Below, in pieces: positions 1 through 10,664 of a stretch of DNA of 48,810 nucleotides. Positions within the stretch are counted from its first letter, which is position 1. Each line of letters begins with the position of its first letter. Origin of the DNA: Phycisphaerales bacterium (GTDB lineage: Bacteria; Planctomycetota; Phycisphaerae; Phycisphaerales; Phycisphaeraceae); assembly GCA_038241095.1 (NCBI GenBank), contig JBBRGB010000001.1, positions 1-48,810 of the forward strand. The letters run 5' to 3'. Below the pieces are notes generated by a model, which saw nothing but the letters and a program-made list of their open reading frames with translations, did not search any database and was not told the origin of the DNA. Both the position numbers and the translations under genes were made by a program.

Positions 1-3
1 GCC

Positions 4-1116
4 TCAGCCTCGCTTGTAAAACGGCAGGGGCACGATTTGGGCCTCGTGGCCCTGTTCGGAAATCTCCACCGTCACCGCGTCTCCCATGCCCGCCGCGTCG
101 GCCCCGATGTAGGCCATCGCAATCGGGTAGCCCAGCGTCGGCGAGAGGCAGCCGCTGGTGACGATGCCGATTGCCTTGTCGCCGCGCATGACCTTAGCGC
201 CTTGGCGCGGGGTGCGTTTGCCTTCGAGCCGCAGGCCGATGCGCTGACGTTGCAAGCCCGTGGCAGCGATGCGCTTCAACGCCTCCTGGCCGACGAAGAC
301 TTCGCCGTTTTCGTCCTGATCCTTCTCCATGTTCACCGCCCAGGCCAGCCCCGCCGTCAGGGGGTCAATCGTCTCGTCGAGTTCGTGACCGTACAACGGC
401 ATGCCCGCCTCCAGCCGCAGCGTGTCCCGCGCGCCCAAGCCCGCAGGCTTCATCGCCCCGCCACCACTATCCCCGCGATCCTTAATCAACATCTTCACCG
501 CCATCGTCGCCATCTTCGATCCCAGAATCACCTCGATGCCATCCTCACCCGTGTAGCCCGTGCGGCTGATGATCATCTTCATAATCAACAGGTTCTTGAT
601 GCAGAAGCCGTAACGCTTCAACGTCGGCACTTCGCGGGAAAACTGCCCCACGGCCTCCATCACGCCCGGCCCTTGCAAGGCGACCATGCCGGTGTCCAGC
701 GTGGTGTCCTCCATCTTGACGACCATGTCCCCGGCGAGCTTCTGAATGTGCTGGAAAATCTTGACGCGATTCGAAGCGTTGACCACCAGCAGCCAGTGAT
801 CCTCGAAGCGATAGACCAGCACATCGTCCATGACGCCACCCTGTTCGTTGCAGACCAAGGCGTAGCGGCAAGAGAGCGGCGGCATGTCCGAGACGCGGCG
901 GGTGACGAGTTTTTCGACCAGCCTGCGGGCGTGGCGACCGCTGATTTTGAGCCGACCCATGTGCGAGACGTCGAAAAGCCCGCCCCGCTCACGCACCTGT
1001 TTGTGCTCGTCGATGATCGAGCCGTAGCTCAGAGGCATTTCCCAGCCTGCGAAATCGACGAACTTAGCGCCGTGATCGACGTGGAACTGATAAAAAGGGG
1101 TTCGCTGCAAGGGCAT
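4..1116 (-). CDS. gcvT: glycine cleavage system aminomethyltransferase (T protein)
   Basis: Track ORF 4..1164(-). From the internal ATG at 1114-1116 the translation reads MPLQRTPFYQFHVDHGAKFVDFAGWEMPLSYGS...FDVSHMGRLKISG, a full-length GcvT-type sequence. The 16 upstream codons look like read-through. Stop is TGA at 4-6. Confidence 0.92.
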   Translation of the reverse strand: MPLQRTPFYQFHVDHGAKFVDFAGWEMPLSYGSIIDEHKQVRERGGLFDVSHMGRLKISGRHARRLVEKLVTRRVSDMPPLSCRYALVCNEQGGVMDDVLVYRFEDHWLLVVNASNRVKIFQHIQKLAGDMVVKMEDTTLDTGMVALQGPGVMEAVGQFSREVPTLKRYGFCIKNLLIMKMIISRTGYTGEDGIEVILGSKMATMAVKMLIKDRGDSGGGAMKPAGLGARDTLRLEAGMPLYGHELDETIDPLTAGLAWAVNMEKDQDENGEVFVGQEALKRIAATGLQRQRIGLRLEGKRTPRQGAKVMRGDKAIGIVTSGCLSPTLGYPIAMAYIGADAAGMGDAVTVEISEQGHEAQIVPLPFYKRG

Positions 1117-1253
1117 GGTCCTTATGGGCGGTTGGTGGGCAAGGTCAAGCCCGAAGTGTACCAAGCCAACGCTTGGTCATGTGAGACGCGGCCGGGCAAG
1201 CCGTGTATTGTGTAACGGTTGATGCTTCCGCAACTTTTTTTCACGAGGCCCCG

Positions 1254-1886
1254 ATGATGACTTGTCGTTTAGCGTTGCTGACCGTCCTGTGCGTGCTGAC
1301 CATCTCCCTGACCGGTTGCGGCTCGCTTTCGGGCAAACAGGCCAAGACCGATGGGCCGCGCTCGCATTCGGACCCCACGCCGGTCCAGATGGAATCCGCC
1401 GCCACCGCCGCGTCACCTTTGATCGGCATGATGGCCCCGGACTTCACCCTGCCCAACCAAGACGGCCAGCCCGTCAAACTCACCGCCCAGCGCGGCAAGT
1501 GGGTCGTCCTCTACTTCTACCCCAAGGACGACACCCCCGGCTGCGCCTGCCAGGCCACCGACTTCACCGACCTGCTCCAAGAGTTCCGCGACATGAACGC
1601 CGTGATCCTCGGCGTCAGCCCGGACACGATCGATGACCACCGTTACTTCGGCGAAAAATATCACCTCAAGCTCACGCTTCTGAGCGATCAGGACAAACGA
1701 GTCATGCGGCAATACGGCGCTTGGGTGGAAGCGACGATGGCCGGCGACAAGGGTGGCCGGGTGGTGCGCAGCACGTTGATTATCGACCCGCAAGGCCGCA
1801 TCGCCCACCATTGGCCCGAAGTGATTCCCACGGGTCACGCCAAGCGGGTGCGGGAAAAACTCGAATCGTTGCAGAGTCAACGCTGA
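1254..1886 (+). CDS. bcp: AhpC/TSA-family thiol peroxidase (Bcp-like peroxiredoxin) with an N-terminal lipoprotein-type signal peptide
   Basis: ATG at 1254. The N-terminus MMTCRLALLTVLCVLTISLTGCGS is a hydrophobic signal followed by an LTGC lipobox. The core reads APDFTLPNQDGQPVKL...WVVLYFYPKDDTPGCACQATDF...LGVSPD, a Bcp/peroxiredoxin motif. Confidence 0.85.
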   Translation: MMTCRLALLTVLCVLTISLTGCGSLSGKQAKTDGPRSHSDPTPVQMESAATAASPLIGMMAPDFTLPNQDGQPVKLTAQRGKWVVLYFYPKDDTPGCACQATDFTDLLQEFRDMNAVILGVSPDTIDDHRYFGEKYHLKLTLLSDQDKRVMRQYGAWVEATMAGDKGGRVVRSTLIIDPQGRIAHHWPEVIPTGHAKRVREKLESLQSQR

Positions 1887-1903
1887 GACCAGGAGCCGCC
1901 GGT

Positions 1904-2971
1904 TTGCCTAGAAGGCAGCGTTACATTTCGCCGGTCAAACCACCCTCACGCCAACATCGGCGGGAGCCGTTGTGGGCTGAGGCGGGTGACGATGAACTCT
2001 TGGCCAAGCGTTTCGGCGACCTGCGCCTAGGCATGGAAGGGACCTGGCTGGCGGAGATGGTGCGACAGCTTTACGACGAGATGCGACAGCGCGGTCTGAC
2101 GTTCAAACCCCACACCTGGCTCAGCAGCGAATGGTTCAGCCCCGACGGTGTGCCCGGCATCGCCATCCCGTTTTATCTGGGGCATCGCCGACTCATGGCG
2201 CTGGAACGCAAGCAGATGTTCGACGTCGAAGGCGGCACGCGCGAAAGCTGCCTGCGCATCCTCCGCCACGAAGCCGGCCACTGCATCGACACCGCCTACC
2301 GCCTCCACTTCCGCAAGGACTGGCGCGAGGTCTTCGGCCCTTACAGCCAAAAGTATCCCGAGTTCTATCAACCCAAACCTTACTCCCATTCCTTCGTGCA
2401 ACACTTGGACATGTGGTACGCCCAAGCGCACCCGGCCGAGGACTTCGCCGAGACCTTCGCCGTCTGGCTGGGGTCGTCACGCTGGCGGGCGAGGTATCGC
2501 GGTTGGCCGGCGCTGGCGAAGCTGGAGTACGTCGATCAACTCATGGCCGAGATCGCCCAGGAACCGCCCCGCGTGCGCAACGTGCGCAAGGTCGAACCCC
2601 TCTCCCAACTCAAGCAGACCCTCGCCGAACACTACAAGAAAAAACGCATGCACTACGGCACGGAATGGCCTGATTTCTACGATGAAAACCTCCGCCGCAT
2701 CTTTTCCGATGAACCACGTTATGCCGCCCGGTCCACGGCCGCGAAGTTTCTCAACGCCATTCGCCCCGAGCTTCGCAGGCTCGTTTCCGAATGGACCGGC
2801 GAGTACCAATACACCATCGACCAGGTGCTGGTGGACATGATTCACCGTTGCCGCGAGTTGAAGCTTCGCTTGGCAATGTCGGCACGCGAGGCCCGACTGC
2901 AAACGATGGTCATGGTCGCCGTGCAAACCACCAACTACCTCAACGAAGGTCGGCACAGGGTGGCGCTATGA
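1904..2971 (+). CDS. putative zinc-dependent metallopeptidase (HExxH zincin; resembles the 'putative zinc-binding metallopeptidase' family that pairs with ATP-grasp genes)
   Basis: The track ORF 1721..2971 overlaps bcp, so the true start must be downstream. TTG at 1904 is preceded by AGGAG at 1891-1895 with an 8-nt spacer. Alternative starts are TTG 1967 and ATG 2033. The HEAGH motif is at 2267-2281 (ILRHEAGHCIDTAY). The stop overlaps the next start as ATGA at 2968-2971. Confidence 0.7.
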   Translation: MPRRQRYISPVKPPSRQHRREPLWAEAGDDELLAKRFGDLRLGMEGTWLAEMVRQLYDEMRQRGLTFKPHTWLSSEWFSPDGVPGIAIPFYLGHRRLMALERKQMFDVEGGTRESCLRILRHEAGHCIDTAYRLHFRKDWREVFGPYSQKYPEFYQPKPYSHSFVQHLDMWYAQAHPAEDFAETFAVWLGSSRWRARYRGWPALAKLEYVDQLMAEIAQEPPRVRNVRKVEPLSQLKQTLAEHYKKKRMHYGTEWPDFYDENLRRIFSDEPRYAARSTAAKFLNAIRPELRRLVSEWTGEYQYTIDQVLVDMIHRCRELKLRLAMSAREARLQTMVMVAVQTTNYLNEGRHRVAL

Positions 2972-3996
2972 AGCCGTTGCGCATTCTTCAACTCATGCAC
3001 GCCGACCTCGTGCCGCCCGACTCCATCGAGGGGTTGAGCGAAGAGCTTATGGCTCCGTGGAAGATGGAGTACGACGTCTGGGCCGGGCTGTGCAACCGGG
3101 GACATGAGGTGTTGAAGCTCGGCGTGTGCGACGACCTTGGCGTCATCCGCGACGCCATCGACACCTTCAAGCCGCACTTGGCGTTCAACCTGCTCGAAGA
3201 GTTTCACGGCGTGGCGGTGTACGACCATTTCGTCGTCAGCGTGCTGGAACTGATGAAGCAGCCTTACACGGGTTGCAATCCGCGTGGGCTGATGCTGGCG
3301 CACGACAAGGGTCTCTCCAAAAAAATCCTGGCCTATCACCGCATTGGCGTGCCGGAGTTCGCGGTGTTTCGCCTGGGTCGCAAAGTGCGCCGGCCGGAGC
3401 GGCTGGCGTTTCCGCTATTGGTCAAGTCGCTGACCGACGAAGGCTCGGTGGGCATCGCACAGGCCTCGGTGGTCTATGACGACGCCAAGCTTGCGGAGCG
3501 GGTGGCGTTTGTGCATCGCACCCTGGGCGCTGATGCGATTGCCGAGCAATACATCGCCGGCCGTGAGTTTTACGTCGGCGTCATGGGGCACAATCGTCTG
3601 CGAACCCTGCCGGTGTGGGAACTGGTTTTCGACAACCTGCCCGATCAATCGCACGCCATCGCCACCTCGCGGGTCAAGTGGGATTTCGAGTATCAAAAGC
3701 AAGTCGGCGTGCGCACGCAGTTGGCGGTGGATTTGCCCCCCGCCTTGGCGCAGCGGATCGAGCGTTTGAGCAAGCGCATTTACCGCGTGTTGAACCTGTC
3801 GGGTTACGCCCGCTTGGACTTCCGCATGGATGCCGCGGGCCGGGTCTATCTCATCGAGGCCAACCCCAACCCCAACCTCTCGTTTGGCGAGGATTTCGCC
3901 GAGTCCGCCGAGGTCGCGGGCATTCATTACGGCGATCTGCTGGAGCGCATCCTGCGCCTGGGGCTGACCTATCGCCCCGCCTGGCGCGGGGGATGA
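2968..3996 (+). CDS. ATP-grasp enzyme of the D-alanine--D-alanine ligase family
   Basis: ATG at 2968 overlaps the upstream stop (ATGA). The translation MKPLRILQLMHADLVPP...KGLSKKILAYHRIGVPEF...LLVKSLTDEGSVGI...EQYIAGREFYVGV...ARLDFRMDAAGRVYLIEANPNP shows a typical ATP-grasp/Ddl-like fold pattern. Confidence 0.8.
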   Translation: MKPLRILQLMHADLVPPDSIEGLSEELMAPWKMEYDVWAGLCNRGHEVLKLGVCDDLGVIRDAIDTFKPHLAFNLLEEFHGVAVYDHFVVSVLELMKQPYTGCNPRGLMLAHDKGLSKKILAYHRIGVPEFAVFRLGRKVRRPERLAFPLLVKSLTDEGSVGIAQASVVYDDAKLAERVAFVHRTLGADAIAEQYIAGREFYVGVMGHNRLRTLPVWELVFDNLPDQSHAIATSRVKWDFEYQKQVGVRTQLAVDLPPALAQRIERLSKRIYRVLNLSGYARLDFRMDAAGRVYLIEANPNPNLSFGEDFAESAEVAGIHYGDLLERILRLGLTYRPAWRGG

Positions 3997-3999
3997 TTG

Positions 4000-5517
4000 T
4001 CAGGCGTCGAGAAATTGTTTGGCGATTTTCCATACGTCGCCGGCACCCATCGTGACCACCAGATCGCCAGGGCGGGCGGTGTCTTCTAGGTGTTCGACGA
4101 TGGCGGCGAAGGGGTAGAGGTGCATGGCTTTCTTGCCACGCTGTCGCAGGCGATCCACCAAGTCGGCCGAGGTCACCGCTTGCCGCTCCTGCTCGCTGTC
4201 ACGAACGAAATAAATGTCAGGCACGATAACCAAATCGGCATCGCCAAAGCTGGCGGCTAACTCGTTTAACAAAAACCGCGTGCGGCTGTGCTGATGGGGC
4301 TGAAAGACGCAGATGAGCCGTTGCGGCTTGTAGTGCCGCCGCAGAGCGCGAAGGGTGGTGTCGATCTCCGTGGGATGGTGGCCGTAGTCATCGACGACGG
4401 GTATATGCGCACCCCCGGAGTCCTCCGCCCCGGCTCCTTTCCCCGCGCGGTAGCCCAGCAGTTGCATGCGGCGGTCAAGGCCTTGGAAGGTTTCGATGCC
4501 CTCCACAATCGCGGGCCAAGTCGCTCCGACGCGATGCGCCAGCACGGCGGCGGCGGCGGCGTTGTAAGCCATGTGCTCGCCGGGCATCGGGCTGCGCCAC
4601 GAGGCCATGACTTGGCTGTGGTGGAGAAGTTTCACCCCCGGACAGGCCGCGCCGCTGACCTCGACCCGCCAGTCGGCTTGGGGGGCGAAGCCGATGGTCT
4701 CGACCTCGCAGTTCAAGCCTGCAGTGATCGTCAGCCGATGCGGCATCTCGTGATTGATCAACAGGCTCGCGCCGGCATCGGCCGGGGCCTCATCAAGCCT
4801 TTGCGCGAATACGCGGAAGGCCTCGACAATTTCATCCAGCGATTTGAAGAGGTCCAGGTGGTCGATCTCGACGTTGAGGATGGCCGCGTGGACGGGGTGA
4901 AAGTTGTGGAAGGATCGGTCGTATTCGCAGGCCTCGGCCACGAGAATGTCGCTCTTGCCGCTGCGCGAGCCGCCGCCGATCTGCTTGCAGGTGGCACCGA
5001 CGATCAGCGAGGGATCGAGGCCCGCGTGGATGAGCACGTGGCTCAACATGCTGGTGGTGGTGCTCTTGCCGTGCGTGCCGGCGATGGCGACGCCCCGGCG
5101 ACCGAGCATCATGCGTCCGAGCATCTGGGCGTATTTGAGCACCGTGATGCCACGGCGACGGGCTTCGATCAGTTCGGGATGATCCGCTTTAATGGCCGCG
5201 GAAATGACGAGCATCTGGCAGTCTTGCGGAACCGAGGCGGTGACTTGTTGATGGGTGACGGGGATGCCGTCGGCGATGAGAGCCAGGGTGGTGTCGGATT
5301 CGCTGTTGTCGCTGCCGGTGCAGACCGCCCCAGCGCGGCGGGCGATGCGTGCCAAGCCCGACATCCCGCAGCCGCCGATGCCCACGAAATGCACATGCCG
5401 GCCCGCCAAGTCCAGAGGCGGAGTCGTGGCGGGCGTGTCGTTGGGAATGGTCGTGGATGACGAAGTGGGCATGGTGCGTGAAGCCGACGGCGCGGCGACA
5501 AAGGTGGCAAGCGGCAT
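4000..5517 (-). CDS. murC: UDP-N-acetylmuramate--L-alanine ligase
   Basis: Contains VHFVGIGGCGMSGLARIA...GSD, GTHGKSTTTSML and DDYGHHPTE, the Mur ligase/MurC signatures. The ATG at 5515-5517 (MPLATFVAAP...) is the chosen start. The longer track ORF (to 5718) would overlap the divergent rdgB region. Confidence 0.9.
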   Translation of the reverse strand: MPLATFVAAPSASRTMPTSSSTTIPNDTPATTPPLDLAGRHVHFVGIGGCGMSGLARIARRAGAVCTGSDNSESDTTLALIADGIPVTHQQVTASVPQDCQMLVISAAIKADHPELIEARRRGITVLKYAQMLGRMMLGRRGVAIAGTHGKSTTTSMLSHVLIHAGLDPSLIVGATCKQIGGGSRSGKSDILVAEACEYDRSFHNFHPVHAAILNVEIDHLDLFKSLDEIVEAFRVFAQRLDEAPADAGASLLINHEMPHRLTITAGLNCEVETIGFAPQADWRVEVSGAACPGVKLLHHSQVMASWRSPMPGEHMAYNAAAAAVLAHRVGATWPAIVEGIETFQGLDRRMQLLGYRAGKGAGAEDSGGAHIPVVDDYGHHPTEIDTTLRALRRHYKPQRLICVFQPHQHSRTRFLLNELAASFGDADLVIVPDIYFVRDSEQERQAVTSADLVDRLRQRGKKAMHLYPFAAIVEHLEDTARPGDLVVTMGAGDVWKIAKQFLDA

Positions 5518-5683
5518 GGTCAACTCGTGGCGGGTGGTTATTGTATGAGGCGGTTGATAATGAAATCGACAACCTGCGGGCATGGCCGTGAATTTCACTA
5601 AAAGTTGTGGGATGAAACATAAATCCAAGCCCACGGATGCCGCAGGCTCTGATGCGGCTTCCGCGGGATCAGGAACGCGCACG

Positions 5684-6331
5684 ATGAAACTGCTTATCGC
5701 CACGGGCAATCCGCACAAGGTTCAGGAGATCGCCGCGGTCTTGGCCGAACTGGGTGTGCCCGCCGGGAAGCTGGAACTGCTGACGCTGGGCGACTTGGGC
5801 AAGACGATTCCCGAAGCGGTGGAGGACGCCCCGGACTTCGAGGGCAACGCGGTGAAGAAAGCTCGACATTACGCCGCGGCCAGCGGGTTGCCTTGCCTGG
5901 CGGATGACAGCGGGTTGGAGGTCGATGCCTTGGGCGGTCAGCCGGGGGTGCTCAGCGCCCGTTACGCCGGCGTCACCGGGCCGCGTGCGGAGGTGGACTT
6001 GGCCAACAATCGCAAACTGCTAGCGGCCATGCGCGACGTGCCGCTTGCCCAGCGCACCGCGCGGTTTGTCTGCGCCATGGCCCTGTGTGATGCCACGGCC
6101 ACCTTGGCGACGGCCAGAGGCACGGTGGAAGGTCGCATCCTCACCGAGCAGGAGGCGGCCGACCCGTCGAAGCCCGAGCGTGGCCGGGGATCAAACGGCT
6201 TTGGTTACGACCCTCTTTTCTTCATGCCCGATCTTGGTCAAACCACCGCCGAGCTTGCCGCCGAGCACAAAAACCGCATCAGCCATCGCGGCGCGGCCAC
6301 GCGATTGATGTGGCAGCGGATGCGGGGGTGA
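5684..6331 (+). CDS. rdgB: non-canonical purine NTP pyrophosphatase (RdgB/HAM1 family)
   Basis: From the ATG at 5684 the translation is MKLLIATGNPHKVQEI...FEGNAVKKA...ADDSGLEVDALGGQPGV.SARYAG...GFGYDPLF...KNRISHRG, a canonical RdgB/Ham1 sequence. Confidence 0.9.
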   Translation: MKLLIATGNPHKVQEIAAVLAELGVPAGKLELLTLGDLGKTIPEAVEDAPDFEGNAVKKARHYAAASGLPCLADDSGLEVDALGGQPGVLSARYAGVTGPRAEVDLANNRKLLAAMRDVPLAQRTARFVCAMALCDATATLATARGTVEGRILTEQEAADPSKPERGRGSNGFGYDPLFFMPDLGQTTAELAAEHKNRISHRGAATRLMWQRMRG

Positions 6332-6367
6332 CAAGGTGAGGGGGTGACGGGGTGAAGACGCAAATAC

Positions 6368-6414
6368 AAGCCCACGGATGAAACCGCGGCTTTGAGCGGG
6401 TTCTTCCGTGGGAT
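6368..6414 (+). repeat. conserved post-gene hairpin, family copy a (AAGCCCACGGATG...CTTCCGTGGGAT)
   Basis: The left arm (6371-6387) pairs with the right arm (6396-6412) at 15 of 17 positions, around an 8-nt loop. It lies 37 nt after the rdgB stop. It is nearly identical to copy b at 14768-14814. Confidence 0.75.
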
Positions 6415-6506
6415 GCGAAGGTGACACACGCCGCTCATCCCCGCCAAGCTCCAAATGTTCAAGTGCAATGGCCCCTGCTTCCACCCCGTTTACCCCCATT
6501 TCACCA

Positions 6507-6536
6507 TTGGCTTTCAATGCGGATTTCGCCTATAAT
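6507..6536 (+). promoter_or_regulatory. candidate sigma-70-type promoter for gyrB (TTGGCT-18 nt-TATAAT)
   Basis: TTGGCT at 6507-6512 and an exact TATAAT at 6531-6536 lie 38 nt upstream of the gyrB ATG, in a locally AT-richer stretch. This is a motif match only. Confidence 0.35.
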
Positions 6537-6564
6537 ACAAGCCTCAAACCACACTTTGCCTTAA

Positions 6565-9336
<2,772 letters not shown>

Positions 9337-9341
9337 ATCCG

Positions 9342-9423
9342 AAAAAGGGGACATCCACAATTTCCTGATCGCAGGGGTGATTTGAATGACAACGAAGCGG
9401 AAATTGTGGATGTCCCCTTTTTC
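9342..9423 (+). terminator. rho-independent (potentially bidirectional) terminator after gyrB
   Basis: A perfect 24-bp stem pairs AAAAAGGGGACATCCACAATTTCC (9342-9365) with GGAAATTGTGGATGTCCCCTTTTT (9399-9422). The loop is 33 nt. An A-run lies on the 5' side and a T-run on the 3' side. It starts 6 nt after the gyrB stop. Confidence 0.8.
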
Positions 9424-9474
9424 TCCCTAGGCCAATTGCCCTGACACCCTTGCGGGCTTACTCTGTTTTCTCTT

Positions 9475-9954
9475 ATGTCAACCGTTTCCACCAGCACAAC
9501 CATGCCGCTTGAATCGCCACGAGTCGGCGTCAGTCGTCCGTGGCAATCGCGTTTGACGGCGGCGCTGTTGCTGGCCGGGAGCTTGGCAGTGCTGCTGGTC
9601 GCGGCGCTGCTCACGGCCGACCCGCGCGGCGTGGGCACGCATCAGCACCTCGGCCTGCCGCCCTGCGGTTTCCTGGAAGTCACCGGCCTGCCCTGTCCCA
9701 CCTGCGGCTACACCACCGCCACCACGCTGGCGGTACACGGCCACATCGCCGAGGCTTTCATCACCCAACCCGGCGGGGCGCTGTTCACCCTGGCCACCGC
9801 CATGACCGTCCTGATCAGCGTTTGGGCCTTGGTCACCGGCATGAGTTTGAAGCCGCTGGGTGAACTGATCTTCCGCCCCGCGACCATGTGGGTCATCGGG
9901 GGCATCGTCGCCGGGGCCTGGCTTTATAAAATCGCCGTGGTCGTCATTCACTAA
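9475..9954 (+). CDS. DUF2752-like small membrane protein
   Basis: ATG at 9475. The Cys pattern GLPPCGFLEVTGLPCPTCGYTTA is followed by hydrophobic helices. The pattern matches my recollection of DUF2752. No search was run. Confidence 0.55.
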   Translation: MSTVSTSTTMPLESPRVGVSRPWQSRLTAALLLAGSLAVLLVAALLTADPRGVGTHQHLGLPPCGFLEVTGLPCPTCGYTTATTLAVHGHIAEAFITQPGGALFTLATAMTVLISVWALVTGMSLKPLGELIFRPATMWVIGGIVAGAWLYKIAVVVIH

Positions 9955-9968
9955 CGGAGTCGTCCGCC

Positions 9969-10664
9969 ATGCCGTTCTCTACGCAACCTTCGCAAAATCT
10001 TGTGGCGCTTCGGAGCCGACTGTTGATGTCGCTGGCGATGACGGTGCTGTGCCTCGCGGCGCTGCCGACGTTGTCAGGCTGCGCCGCCTTGGGGGTCGCG
10101 GCCAATGCCACCGCCGGGCCGATGAAAAAAGTCCACGTCACCGCCGATTACACCGGCTTGGCCGACAAGACGGTTGCGATTGTCATCGCCGCCGATGAGT
10201 TTGTCCTCTACCGCCACCCCCGCGCGCCCTTGGTGGTGGGCCAGATCGTCGGCGGGCAGATCGTCGCCAACGTCACCGGTGCCAAGCTCACCGACCCGGC
10301 CGACATCGTCGCCTTCCAACGCGCCAACCCCTATTGGGCCACCTTGCCCTACGGCGACCTTGCCAAGCGGCTGGGCGTCGAGCGCGTCATCTACATCGAC
10401 CTAGCGGAATACAGCACCCATGAGCCGGGCAACAAGGAACTCTGGCAGGGCGTGATTCTCGCCAACCTCGGCGTGATCGAAACCGACGCGGCCAACCCCG
10501 ACAACTTCGCTTACAGCAACACCATTCGGGCTGTCTATCCCGAAGGCCGTGAAATCGGCGTGGCCAACTCCGACGCCGGGACGATTCAACTAGGCATGCT
10601 CCAATCCTTTGGCCAGAAAGTTGGATGGCTTTTTTATGACCACGATGAATACATTCCCCGCTGA
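9969..10664 (+). CDS. hypothetical lipoprotein (paralog of the next gene)
   Basis: ATG at 9969. The signal plus lipobox reads LCLAALPTLSGCAALG. The C-terminus ends ...KVGWLFYDHDEYIPR. Codon usage is typical of the genome. Confidence 0.6.
   Translation: MPFSTQPSQNLVALRSRLLMSLAMTVLCLAALPTLSGCAALGVAANATAGPMKKVHVTADYTGLADKTVAIVIAADEFVLYRHPRAPLVVGQIVGGQIVANVTGAKLTDPADIVAFQRANPYWATLPYGDLAKRLGVERVIYIDLAEYSTHEPGNKELWQGVILANLGVIETDAANPDNFAYSNTIRAVYPEGREIGVANSDAGTIQLGMLQSFGQKVGWLFYDHDEYIPR

Noticed and set aside
37-1215. 392-aa plus-strand ORF opposite gcvT. Similar long antisense ORFs occur at 6544-7602, 17820-18911, 24415-25452, 31173-32498, 13938-14651 and 40681-41562.
   Set aside because: Each lies opposite a gene with strong family signatures (gcvT, gyrB, gatA, comM, the 815-aa membrane protein, the HNH gene, and the 557-aa secreted protein). 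Their translations are Arg/Gly/His-rich with no motifs. They are GC-driven artefacts.
1117-1253. Possible glycine riboswitch upstream of gcvT
   Set aside because: I read the reverse complement of the 137-nt leader. It has no GGAGAG...ACCGAAGG-type glycine-aptamer core, and it is too short for the usual tandem aptamers.
1721-1903. Upstream extension of the metallopeptidase ORF
   Set aside because: It overlaps the 3' end of the Bcp-like gene in another frame. A Shine-Dalgarno-preceded TTG at 1904 lies just after the bcp stop.
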